From Eledone cirrhosa (Eukaryota): 64,000 bases of DNA. Shown one piece after another: positions 15,073-28,849 of this stretch. Made by a program: the position numbers and the translations under genes. Positions within the stretch are counted from its first letter, which is position 1, and each line of letters opens with the position of its first letter. A model generated the notes under the pieces. It saw only the letters and a list, made by a program, of their open reading frames with translations, did no database searches and had not been told where the DNA came from. The DNA lies in NCBI GenBank assembly GCA_964016885.1, contig OZ024746.1:31310001-31374000 (forward strand). Reading direction: 5' to 3'.

Positions 15073-15904
15073 ATATATATATTTATATATATATATGTAT
15101 ATATGTATGTATATATATATTTATATATATATATGTATATATGTATGTATATATATATTTATATGTATGTATATATATATTTATATATATATATGTATAT
15201 ATGTATGTATATATATATTTATATATATGTATATATGTATGTATATATATATTTATATATAAGTATATATGTATGTATGTGTATATATATGTATATGTGT
15301 GTGTATATATATGTATATGTGTGTGTCTATGTGGATGTTTATGAGTGTGTGTGAAATACAGCTGGGGCTCCTATCATTAAAATACCTGAGAAACATCATA
15401 TGAAATACAAATTTGTAGGTGACCAGCTAAACCTACATAGACATTAGCTATAATAACATAATATGAGAGAGAAATGGGATGAAAGATGCATCAAAGAATT
15501 TTTCTGTGAATATTTTATTCCCAAAGATGAAAGAATCTTCAAGAAGAAGCAGCTATTTTCTTTTTCATCTTTCTCCACCTTTATCGAAAATTTCATTTGT
15601 TTGAACAAAAACCTTTAAAGTCTAGGATCATGAGCTCCATCTATAGAATAAAATATAAAACCAGAGTGAATATATTTAGCCTTGAAGCAAAAGATGTTGC
15701 CTTTATTATGTTAATTATGTTAATTAGGTTTTACTTGCTGTCATAGCATTATTGACATTTCTCCAATATTCTATAATTGTCTTCCATACATTCCTAACCC
15801 ACCAAACATTCCCAACTCACCAAATTATTACATAGCTGTCTTCCATACATTCCTAACCCACCAACACTAACATAATCATCACCATTACAAACCTATGCAA
15901 CAGG

Positions 15905-16460
15905 TCCCTTGTGTCACCACACAAACCAGTGATCCTTCCACTGTTTCAAGAATATCTGGAAGGCTTCTTCTGGAATGGCTCTCAGCTCAGCTGTCACAGT
16001 CTGAATGATGTCCTCAGCTCAGTGGTATCTTCACTTTTGGGAACAACCCGAAGTCAGAAGAAGCCATGTCTGGAGAGTAGGGAGTCTAGAAAATTAGTGA
16101 ATTGCCTTTCTTTGCCAAGAAATCATGGATCTGTTGTGTCAAATAAGCCAGGGTGTTGTCATGATGCAACTGTCAGTTTTGTGAGGCCAACAGATCTGGT
16201 CTCTTGTGCCAAACTACATCATGAAGATGTCAGAGGACTTCCTGATAGTACTCCTTTGTAATTGTTTCTCCTTCTGCTGCATATTTGTGGTGAACAGTGC
16301 CTCAGTAGTTAAAGGAACAGTAAGCATTAACTTGATTTTGCTCCACACCTGATCTGATATTTTGGAGCCTTGGTGATATTGGTTGGTCCTTCCACTTTGA
16401 TAACTGAGCTTTGGTTTCCAAGTCAAACCGCTACACCCACGTCTCATCTCCAGTTATCAA
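15905..16460 (-). mobile_element. Decayed mariner transposase
   Basis: Reverse strand shows mariner-like WSKIKLMLTV, LHHDN.P and DFFLT..PK remnants with many frameshifts. Confidence 0.7.
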
Positions 16461-17136
16461 TATTTAGGAACCCAGGATCCTTGTTGCCAGTATCAAGGGC
16501 AGAATTAAAATGCAATAAGTAAGTAATACAATACTTCATGAGCTAGGCTGCCTGACAACGATTGACAGCTCCAGTGAGTTCACCAAAAACCACACATGCT
16601 GGCTGCCTAACAATGACTGACATATCCTGAGAGTTGAGTTCACCAAAAACCACATGTTGGTTGCTTGACAATGACTGACACATCCAGTGAGCTGGCCCAA
16701 AAACCACACATCCACATAACTATAAGTAGGTCCACTCCCTTCACTTTTATTTCCTTAACGTCATTACTTCCCACTTTTTTGACAGTTGTCATATATCTGT
16801 GTGAAAGAGAGAAAAGCTAAAAGTCAGATAAATGAAACTTGAAGTAAAAATGTTAAAATCTATACAGAATTGTGATATCAAAATGGAATTAGTATATGAA
16901 AATGGAATTATGATATGAAAATGGAATTATTATATGAAAACAGAATTATGATATAAAAATCATCCATTAATGATATATTTTAGTGTTTCCTTCTTTCTCT
17001 CTTTCTTCTTTTTCTGCCTTAATTTGTTGTGACAGATGATTCCATCATCAGAACTTAACCATTTAATTGAAGGTATTAGTAATTTTCTGATGTAGTTAAC
17101 TAGGCTAAATACACTCTCCCTCCTTCACTCGACCTT

Positions 17137-17208
<72 letters not shown>

Positions 17209-17530
17209 ACATAAAACATGTCTATAGAATCACCAGATAAAATATATACCATTTCCTCTCCCAATTAGCATAATTAACTATATAAAAAATCGATTAGACC
17301 AAGCTATAAGAATAAAGGCTTCTATGAAGAAATCTCCGACAAATAACCGAAACCAGCCCTTCGCGCCGGCTGCGACGGAATATTTATCGAGTATTTCGAC
17401 AGCGTGTATGAATCGCCCAGATATACAGTCAATTAAACAGAATTAGGTGTAAAATATTATGATATATAGCTCTGATTATTTAATTTATTAACTTTTCATT
17501 GAGCCACAAAGTGACCCGTTGCAAAACACG

Positions 17531-17561
<31 letters not shown>

Positions 17562-17575
17562 CTTTATATATATAC

Positions 17576-17656
<81 letters not shown>

Positions 17657-17665
<9 letters not shown>

Positions 17666-17800
17666 GACGTAAAATAAGAAAATTTTAAAATTAACTTACT
17701 TACTAAAATTTTCACTCCAACTAATTAGTTTCTGTAAGGGAATGAAAATTTTAGTAAGTAAGTTAATTTTAAAATTTTCTTATTTTACGTCTTTCATATA
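17657..17800. repeat. Perfect inverted repeat, ~58-bp arms, 28-nt spacer
   Basis: tgaaagacgtaaaataagaaaattttaaaattaacttacttactaaaattttca and its exact reverse complement. Confidence 0.9.
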
Positions 17801-17913
17801 ATTGTTCTGCATCCCCTTGCATAGAACCACAAAGGTACTAAGACATAACATATATATTTGCAGGCATGGGTATACATCTGTATACATATGTTGGTAGATA
17901 TACTAATTCTATA

Positions 17914-17963
<50 letters not shown>

Positions 17964-17982
17964 TATACATATATATATATAC

Positions 17983-18013
<31 letters not shown>

Positions 18014-18034
18014 CATATATATATACATATATAC

Positions 18035-18091
<57 letters not shown>

Positions 18092-18129
18092 TATAAACAT
18101 ATATATATATATATACATATATATAAACA

Positions 18130-18211
<82 letters not shown>

Positions 18212-18696
18212 ACACACATATATATATATATATATACACACATATATATATACATATATATATATATATACACACATATATATATACATATATATATATA
18301 TACACATATATATATATACATATATATATATATACACATATATATATATACATATATATATATCATCATCATCATCATCGTTTAACATCCATCTTCCACG
18401 CTTGCATGGGTTTGGACGGGAGTTTTCCCACTTGAGGCAAGAGTGGTTGTCCTGCTCGTATAGGACTGTCTGGCGGGTTTTCTATGGCTGGATGCCCTTC
18501 CTAACACCAACCACATTTACAGTGTGGGGCTGGGAGGTTTTTACCGTGTTACCTACATGGCCACATTACAGCGTGGACTGTGTGTTTTTTTGTCGTGACA
18601 CCTACACGACCTCATTTGTTTCGGACTGGATGTTGTGGTACCAACATAACATTACATTGGAAGGGGTGGTGTCGATGGGGTGGGGTTTATATACAC

Positions 18697-18728
<32 letters not shown>

Positions 18729-18771
18729 GCATACATACATACATACATACATACATACATACATACATACA

Positions 18772-18837
<66 letters not shown>

Positions 18838-19136
18838 AAAGTTCTATTTAAATTGTTGGGATACAACAAGCAAATATTTTTATAACTGATATAAAGCACT
18901 CAACAAATATTTGTTTGTTAATATTGTATTTTCTTTTTAAAGCTACAACTCCACTATCCTGGACCTTCCAACAGTAATGGTTGCATTTTTTAAGGGTTTG
19001 TCAATATTTATTTATATAACTGATCTATATTGTATTTTATCTGATGAAGGCACACCATAATTTAACTTGGTGTCCTTGAAATATGTATAATGAAATAAAT
19101 ATGGTTTTATAAATATAGTTTCCATTTGTTAATATC

Positions 19137-19175
<39 letters not shown>

Positions 19176-20489
19176 AACACATATGTGTGTGTAATAGAAG
19201 CTGTTTCACCAAACTTAATTCTGATTGGTCTTCTGTTACGATGGTGGGGAGGTTGGAGAGGTAATATACAGAAGGGTGAAGTTAGAGAGAGGTGGGATCG
19301 TTGTGGGGTAGGTCAGATGGCTGGTGGGAGTACTTTCGATGGTTGAGGGTGAGTAGATTAGATGGTCCAGGGAATAGGCAGTATCACTAGAGCAGCGGAT
19401 GTGGTAGTTGTGTTAGACGAGAAGACACAGCTTGATTTTTTTTAGGCACAGATATGACTGTTTACAACCACTGTATGACACCTTAGGCAAGTGTCTTCTA
19501 CTCTATCTGGCCAATGACCTGTCAGTGGAATTTCGTAAATAAAAACTGTGGAAGCCCATCGTATATATGTGTGTGTATGTATATGTGTTATATGTATGTG
19601 AGTGTGTGTTTATGTCCTGTAACTTAGGACAAGAACAGATAAATAAGGTAAGTACCAAACATGAAAAAATAAATACTGAAATGAATATGATCGACTAGGT
19701 CTCTTCAAGACAGTGCCCCAGCATGGCTACAGTCTAATGACTGAAAGCAGTAATTATGTAGAAAAATAATTGTTTCTACTTTTGGCACAAGACCAGCAAT
19801 TACCCAGTGCATTACTGGTACTTTATTTTATTGACCCCGTAAGGATGAAAGGCAAAGTTAACCTTGACGGGATTTGAACACAGACCGTAAAGAGACGTAA
19901 CTATGCTGGAAAGCATGGCGTCCGACCCTCTACCGATACTGCCAATCCACCGCCCCACTGCCATAAAAATAATGAAAGTGATAAATGTGTTGTAATGTGT
20001 GAGAGGGATAGTTTCAATGCTGGAATACAACCAACAATCTATCAGATATTTCCCTGATAGTGATTAAAGTACATGTTGGCAGCAATCTAGATTTTATCAA
20101 TATATATTACAGTTTTCCTTGTAAACTGATTCACATGATGGTAGCTTAATGGAAAGTCCAATTAATAAACGGAAATACACAACTTCCCCTATGGTCGACA
20201 TCCAAAAACTTTAAAAATATTTCAGTAATAAGTTATTCTCTGCTTCTGACTCCCCTCCCCCCATATCTCTCTATTTTTGTCAATATATGTGTGTGTCTGT
20301 GTTTTATATCTAAATAGGGACTAGATAAAAGCAGTGAATATGTAGTGGTTGTCAATCAGATATAGTTGTTAGTTAGCGATATCCACATAACTGTTGTTAG
20401 TCAGTGATACCCACATAACTGTTGTTAGTTAGTGATACCCACATAACTGTTGTTAGTTAGTGATACCCACATAACTTTTGTTAGTCAGT

Positions 20490-21190
20490 GATACCAAGTT
20501 ACATTCTGACCGGGTCACTATAAGTAGAGTCAGGTGCTCTCTTACCACCTAACATCTCCCTGAGCTGTCTGAGCTGTGTTCTGACCAGGTCACTGTGCAT
20601 AGAGACAGGTGTTCTCTTACCACTCAACATCTACCAAAGCTATACTCTGACCAGGTATACTCTGACCATGTGTATAGAGACAGGTGTTCTACCCCTCAAC
20701 ATCTACCAGAGCTGCACTCTAACCATGTCCCTGTGTATAGAGGCAGGTGTTCTACCACTCAACATCTACCAGAGCTGCACTCTAACCATGTCACTGTGTA
20801 TAGAGACAGGTGTTCTACCACTCAACATCTACCAGAGCTGCACTCTAACCATGTCACTGTGTATAGAGACAGGTGTTCTACCACTCAACATCTACCAGAG
20901 CTGCACTCTAACCATGTCCCTGTGTATAGAGACAGGTGTTCTACCACTCAACATCTACCAGAGCTGCACTCTAACCATGTCACTGTGTATAGAGACAGGT
21001 GTTCTACCACTCAACATCTACCAGAGCTGCACTCTAACCATGTCACTGTGTATAGAGACAGGTGTTCTACCACTCAACATCTACCAGAGCTGCACTCTAA
21101 CCATGTCACTGTGTATAGAGACAGGTGTTCTACCACTCAACATCTACCAGAGCTGCACTCTAACCATGTCACTGTGTATAGAGACAGATG
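20490..21190. repeat. 63-bp minisatellite (~8 near-perfect plus degenerate copies); a 30-bp repeat precedes it at 20380-20495
   Basis: Unit cactgtgtatagagacaggtgttctaccactcaacatctaccagagctgcactctaaccatgt; 21-aa periodic ORFs. Confidence 0.95.
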
Positions 21191-22104
21191 CATGGCTTGG
21201 TAGCTGCAGCAATAACCATCTTGTCCACCAGTGTAACATCTGTGGTCAAGTATGTAGGTCCACTATTGGACTTTACATTCCATGTATGTACCCTCATTTT
21301 TGGTCGCCACGAAGGGGAAGGTCATTGTTGACTTTAATGGATTACAAAGATGAAGTATGTGTGCGTTTGTGAGTGTGTCTATGTGCATGTGAATCTGTGT
21401 GTATAAGTTGTGTGTGTCTGTTAGTGAGTGTCCATGTATGGCGTGAATGTCTGAAGAATGTACTCCACAGTAAATGAATTACATACAATCGGTCTGTTTA
21501 GCTTGTCACACTCTCCTCTGGTGATCCTTCATTAGTACGTAATGGCGTCTACTCCTTCGTTAGTACATAACAATGTCTACTCCTTCGTTAGTACATAACG
21601 ACGTCTACTCCTTTATTAGTACATAACGACTTCTACTCTTTCGTTAGTGTAATGACTTTAATTTCATTTGTAATTAATTTACTAACGGTGTGTATTGTCA
21701 ACAAAACCAAGCTGGTTTTCGACGCCCCCACCACACATACACATGCAACACACATTTATTCTAAACAAATAGACACACCTAGACACACGTACAGATACAC
21801 AGTTACACCTACGCACAGACACACAGATACACTTAGGTACAGACACACACATACTTAAGCACATACACGTCCCAACACACATATAGACATAAATACACGC
21901 ACATACATGTTCGCTCATTTGTGGAAGATGTGGGGTGGAGGTGTGTTTAATTAAATACCAATGAAGACAATTATATAATTAATGAATGATTCAATGTTGA
22001 TTTCTTGTTTTTATTTTATCAATTAAACACACACACACATACATGTGTATACATATATATGTATATATACACACACGCATGCTTGTATATATATGATGAT
22101 GATG

Positions 22105-22176
<72 letters not shown>

Positions 22177-22177
22177 T

Positions 22178-22815
22178 ATGCAGAAAGGACATTAGCACAA
22201 CTAATTAGAGAAAGGGTCAAACTAGATGAGATGCAATTTGGTTTTGTGCCTGGGAAGAGTACAACAGATGCCCTCTTCTTAGTGAGACATTTACAAGAGA
22301 GTTCTTAGAGAAAAATAAACCACTATACTTAGCCTTTGTTGACCTAGAGAAGGCTTTGATAGGGTACCCCGATCTGTCATCTGGTGGTCCCTAAGGAAAC
22401 TAGGTGTTGAGGAATGGCTTGTGAGGACAGTGCAAACTTTGTACAGATGTACTCTCAGTAAAGTCAGGGTAGGAATGGAGTTTAGTGAGGAATTCCAGAT
22501 ACAAGTAGGAGTACATCAAGGTTCGGTCCCCAGCCCGCTCTTGTTCACTATAGTCCTCCAAGCCATAACAGAGGAGTTTAAGACTGGCTGTCCATGGGAA
22601 CTTCTCTATGCTGACGATCTGGTTCTTATAGCAGAATCAGTAGAGGAGCTAGAGAATAAATTCTGGCTATGGAAACAGCAGTTGGAAGCAAGAGGACTGA
22701 GAGTGAACCTAGCTAAGACAAAAGTGTTGATGAGTAGAAAAGAGGACAAAACTCTGATTCCGTCAGGGAAATGGCCATGTTCGATATGCAGAAAAGGAAC
22801 TGGCATAAATTCTAT
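22178..22815 (+). mobile_element. RTE LINE RT fragment, same family as 60381-64000
   Basis: LDEMQFGFVPGKSTTDALFLVR, GVHQGSVPSPLLF, ELLYADDL, SGKWPCSIC. Confidence 0.9.
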
Positions 22816-23404
22816 GCATATGTATCTATATATGTATGTATATATGTATGTATATATATATATATATCATCATCATCATCATCATTGATTAACGTCTATC
22901 TTCCACGCTAGCATGGGTTACATGGATTCCATTTAGAGACAAGTTGGGTTGGGTGACCGTGTCTCGCTCATATAGGAGTGTTTCCGGCTGGTTTTCTACG
23001 GCTGGGTGTCCTTCCTAATGCCAACCACATTGACACTGTCTTTTACACGTCCACTTTACAGTGTAGGCTGGGAGCTTTTTACCATGTCTTTTTATATATA
23101 TATTGAGAGAGAGAGTTAATGAAAGTGGAATAATCCACTAGGTAAGGTGTGTTAAGCTTGATGCGTTACATATAGTTCTGTTCATTTTTTAAGGCCCAAT
23201 ATAACAAGAAAAAAAAACAATATCAGATTTATTTAATAGTTAATGTAGTTACCATTCTTCTCTATGACCCCCCCCCCCCTCCATCTGTCAATAAGCTTTT
23301 AATGCTATGTTCAAAAATATTTTTAGTTTTTGAACTAAAAAAGGAAACTAACTAATTTTAGACTCCTTCTCCTGAAGTAAGTCTTAATTCATTCAAATTA
23401 TTTT

Positions 23405-23900
23405 GGTCGGAGGTAAAAAGAAAACAGAGTAAGCCAAAGAAAAGGTTCATGAATTCGTTGAAGGAGAACTTGAAGAATGTAAGACTTGATCCCAGAAACC
23501 TCGAAAGTCTCATAGTGAATCATTCTACCTGGCATTCAAAAATATGGGATGATGTGAAAATCTTTGAGCAAAACAGGCTAATGCATGTAAATATTAAGAG
23601 GAATATAAAAAAAAAAAACTGCCATTCAGAGAAGATGAAACTAATGGAACTTTCTCAACTTGTACGGTTTGTGGCAGAATCTGCCTGTCAGAGGCTGGAC
23701 TTCAATATCATATAAGATCACACAATAAGGTATTCCCTACTGACTATAGAATATACAAACCAGTTCACCCTTATCAATGCCACATATGTCACAAGATCTA
23801 CAAATCTCAAGGAGGTGTAATAAGGCATATCAAATTTCATCAAGCTGTCCAAGCTACACCAAAACTAATATGCAATTTATGTGGTCAGTATGTCTGATCT
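23405..23900 (+). mobile_element. Decayed RTE/BovB-like LINE C-terminus with C2H2-like fingers
   Basis: KKRFMNSLKENLK..W..FEQNR followed by CTVCGRICLS.AGL..H..SH and CHICHK motifs, with frameshifts. Confidence 0.65.
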
Positions 23901-24267
23901 AAAAAGCCATATATGATCTTATGCCAGAACTGAGCATCATGTACACTGGAGATCAAGCTTTGTATTGAGCAGTCAATCAGTATACACACATATATATAAT
24001 CAGAATTAAAAGGGGATCTCCTCCTTTTATTTCTGATTATAAACGTTCTGCTTATCTCCTATATTCATCGCTAACTCTTCATAAGCTCTAACTCTGCATA
24101 TATCGCAACACTTATTAAGATTGCATGAATAAACATTGAGCTACAAGCTGCATTTACGCCTGGCATTTAATCTTATATATCTATTTCTACTCTCATTCGA
24201 GATTTGAATATATTTTTCTACTTTTGACCCTTGCAAGCAGGGAAGAGCGGATGTAAAATGATGATGA

Positions 24268-24310
<43 letters not shown>

Positions 24311-25729
24311 CAACCCTTGTTAGCGGGGTAAAGTGAATGTTAAAACAATGATGATGATACTGGATGTTATCTGGTGGCATTATGGATGTCATTTACCATA
24401 TCCTCAAGTCAACACCAACTTTGTCAGAGAAATTGGGCAGACAGAAACTGTTTGGAAGCCTGTTGGATGGACTACTGTACATGTAATTCAAATGACCAGC
24501 CAAGTCACACACTGTGGCATGCTGAATCTCCCGGAGAATTCTGTTATGTGTAGACGTCTGTAGAATATTCACCTACTTATGCTATAATACAATTTGAACT
24601 GTACCTCTAATTGATAGGATCATCCTTGTCACACATTGTGTCTTGGTGAATCTCCCTGAGAAGTATGTTGAGGGTTAACAAGTTGGTAGTTCCATTGATC
24701 AAATAACTGCCCCACCTTCGTTGTCATTGGAACCTTGTAGTGAGCCATTTATTTACATGTTTGGAGAGAGTGTGGGGGAGGGTCAGACACAGAGATCAGA
24801 CAGACAGACAGATACATGGAGAAGAGGGAAGGAGGGGAAAGAAAAGACAGACAGACAGACACACATGGAGATGTGGGGGGGGGGGGAGAGGCATGGAGAA
24901 GAGGCTGATGGAGGAGAAAGAAAAGACAGACAGACAGACACATGGAAGGGAAAGGAAGAGACAAATATGGAGAAGATGGGGGGGGCAGAAAGACATGGTT
25001 TTTAGCTGACCTCATTACTATTTTGTTTATCATTTATTTATTTTTTCTAAAGAATGTTTATCTCCCAGATTAGAACATAACTTCTTCCTCCTCTCTCCCT
25101 CATCCCTTCCTCCTCTCTCCCTCATCCTTCCCTCCTTCCCCCCCCCTCTCGCCTCATACAATACTTTGAACTGAACAAAGATCTTTAGCTAAATCTAAGA
25201 CAACAACAACACAACTAACAACAATAGCATAGATTGTCTCAAACAAAAATAACACCACCACTACGAACAACAACAGTAAAATAGATTGTCAAACTGCAAC
25301 AACAACAACCTTAACAACAACAATAGTAACCATAGCAACAACAATAGTAACCTCAACAAATACACTGCAAGAGTAGTAACAATAACAACAACAGTAAGAG
25401 CAACAGCAACCACACCATCACTGCAACAATAACAACAACACCACCAGCAACACCAACACCACCAACAACAATGAAACTGTAGTTTATCTCCAGCCCATAT
25501 GTCATTTATTTAAATAAGTTTTGATCAAAGGACAAAATTCTTGTAATAAATCTCTGTAAAATTGTTCTCGTATTTCCAATTCCACAGTAGAATATCTTCT
25601 TTTGTCTTTAACAAAACTGAAGATTTATTATATGTATATTTATTATATATTATATGTTTAGACATTTTTTCTCATTGTTTAATATTTTCTCCATTCCTAA
25701 AATATCCACCAACAAAACTAGGCTGTCAA

Positions 25730-26095
25730 TCATCATCATCGTTTTACATCCACTTTTCCATATTTGCATGGAAGCTATTCTATCATAGCTTCCTTCCAAT
25801 TGTTGCATCCCTTTATTGATATCCACTGTCACCACCTTTACCCAGGTCTTGCTTGGTCTACTTTTACTGTAACTCCTTTCTATTGGGATTTCTTGGCACT
25901 TCTTCACCCAGCAATCATCCTCCATATGCATCACATGTCCATACCAGTGCAGTCTTCCCTCCTGCACACTACATCTGATTCCTCGTATACTCATTTTTTT
26001 TTCTCAGCTCATCTGTACTTCACTGCTCATGCATATTAACATCATACATCCATTGGAGCATACTTGTTTCATTTCTCTCCAGTCTCCACATATCT
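25730..26095 (-). mobile_element. RTE 3' fragment; similar decayed pieces at 34375-34740 (-) and 54010-54290 (+)
   Basis: IRGIRCSVQEGRLHWYGHVMHMEDDCWVKKC. Confidence 0.8.
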
Positions 26096-26838
26096 GCATT
26101 TCTGTATTTACTACCATTAAGTCTTCATAAAATCATTTTGTGCTGTGAGGGATGGGTAAATTGTTTTTTATTTAAAAAATGTTTTCCCTCAAATATATGT
26201 GTATATGTGTATGTAGGTATGCTCAGTTCTGGCATGTATATATATATATATATCAAATGTAAGTGTACAATCCAATCAAGAAGGAAATAGTAGAGATTAG
26301 TTTGTGAGAATTATAAGCCATTAGTGAAGAGGACAGTGTGCTCAATACATATATGATGCAAGACAAGTGTACAGTGAAAGCAAGCAGCAAAAGAAATATA
26401 AGCCATGCAATAAGTATATAGACAGAGCGTAAATATAAAAATGATAGTAGGAGAATAAACAACCAAATTTTTTTTTTTATATTTATTTGTTTACAATTGT
26501 TTCAGAGAACAAAATCACAATTCAATCTATGAGATGTACTATACATGCACCTTTGATGAGTTATAGTGCACCTGAGCACTGTACACAATAATTTCATTAT
26601 TATTATTTAAGATTGAGACATATAAATATATTAATCAGATATATATATATATATATACAATGATATTAAATAAATGGAAACTATATTTATAAAACCATAT
26701 TTATTCTATTATATATATTTCAAGGGTACCAAAATTTTGGTACGCTATCATCAGATAAAATACGAATTGTTTTATAAATTTTGACATAACCAAGGAAAAT
26801 ATACCTTAACAGTTCAAGTTTTCCTTGGATATATATAT

Positions 26839-26970
26839 ATTATAAAATAACAGGAGGCTGGACTGGTGTAATTCCTTAAAGGATTCATACTGAACCCAGT
26901 CATTGAAATGTTCATAGTATAATAAACCTTTAACGAATTACACCAGTCCAGCCTCCTGTTATTTTATAAT
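26839..26970. repeat. Inverted repeat with 36-bp perfect arms
   Basis: ATTATAAAATAACAGGAGGCTGGACTGGTGTAATTC at 26839-26874 and its reverse complement at 26935-26970. Confidence 0.9.
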
Positions 26971-27809
26971 AATTAACTCCGTACTCGCACCACCAACAAC
27001 ACAAACGAAGACGGGTGAGTTGCATTACGTCGAGTGCTCCCCCTAATATTACATCGAGGTTGACCATACGGAATGACCAGTTCTATCCAGTGGTGAACCA
27101 ACAAACCTAAATGTATATATATATATACACACACACACAGATATATATACAACAGGCTTCCACACAGTTTCTGTCTATAAAATTTCACTTACAAAACATT
27201 AGTTAACTCAATGTTGGTGCCACACTGTGACTCAACCCAAAGCCATCTATTTTCTTTCGTTTTTTTTTTCAGTCTATTCTTAAACTATCCACGACAAAAA
27301 TATACCACAGACATTTTTTTGTATCTTCACTTAATCTCTTTGTATGTGTTGGGTGGGGAGATTTAATTTCTTCTGTTTTCAATTTTTTCAAAAAATATTT
27401 AATTTTCTTTCTTTCCTTTGTTTAATATTTTTATTTAAATTTTTCATAACTTTTTTTCCATAATTTTATTTTAATATTTATTTTCATTATTTTATTTTTT
27501 CTTTCCATAATTTTATTTTCTTTCTATTATTTTCTCTTCTTTTTTTTTTTTGGCCTAATTTTTGGGGTATTTTTTTCTGGTTTCATTGTAAAAGCAACCA
27601 TTGGTACAGCATGTCCGAAATGTTGTCAGTGGGATAATCAGCCAGGTCTCTGTAAATAACTGTGAGAACAGGTAAACACACCAGACACATTTCTCACCTA
27701 TCTAATAACTCTGCTTCTAAACATTTCTTCTATCCTATAAGTTCCTTCATCTAAATATATCTCTACTTCAAAGTCGACTAATGCATGCCACTGTAAGTGT
27801 GTGTGTGTG

Positions 27810-27841
<32 letters not shown>

Positions 27842-28849
27842 CATATATGTATATATATATGTTTGTGTGTGCGTGTGTGTGTATATATATATATATGTGT
27901 GTATGTGTGTACAAATGGTGGTGGTTGTTGTAGTGGAGTGGTGATGGAGATAATAGTAGCAGATGTTGTGGTGGTGGTAGTAGTACCAAAAACCAATAGT
28001 GGTGGTAGTGGTGTGGTGATGGTGGTAGTAGTAGCAAATACTGTGGTGATAGTAACAGATGTTGTGGTGGTGATGGTGGTGGTGGTGGTAGTAGTACCAA
28101 TAGTGGTGATGACAGTAGTGGTCGGTGGTGGTGGTAGTGGTGGTGGTCAGTGTCTAAATTACCTGAGTCTCATCTGAACAAACTTAACCCACTTTTACAA
28201 AAGGATATAACATATTGCTGGCAAAATAGTCTCTACCATTGGTCACTAACTCTCTGTCCATCTGTGTGTCTGTATCTGTGCTTATGTGAGTCTATGTTTG
28301 TGTGTGTCTCTGTCTTTGTCTGTATGTTTGCGTGTCTTTGTCTTTGTCTGTATACAGATAAATAGATTGATAGAGAGTTTATTAGGGCTGATCCAGTAGC
28401 CTGTTAGTCTGGAGTCCCCCCCCCCCCCGCGCCTCATGCATGTGTTACAAGTTCCGCAGACAGTTAAACATTGTCTTAATTCTCTGAGGAACCTGTAGCA
28501 CACAGGGGAAACTCCAGACTAACAGGCTGCATGATCAACCTAAATAAACAATTCTGTATGAGCAAGACACAGTTACCCGACAAAACTTGCCTCTAATGGG
28601 ACAAACCCGTCTAACCCATGTTAGTGTGGAAAATAGACGTTAAATGATGATGATGATGATGATACTATTATATGTTATTGTGTGTGTCTGTAGTGAGTAG
28701 TGAATGTCAGTGTTCAACCTGTTTGTATATATCAATGTTGTATTATTGCGGCAACATGCTTCTGGTCGCTTTATTCTTAGTGTCACACTTTATTAACTTT
28801 TTGTGTTTTCTAGGTAGAAATATATCAATTCCTCACTCATTGAGTACTT

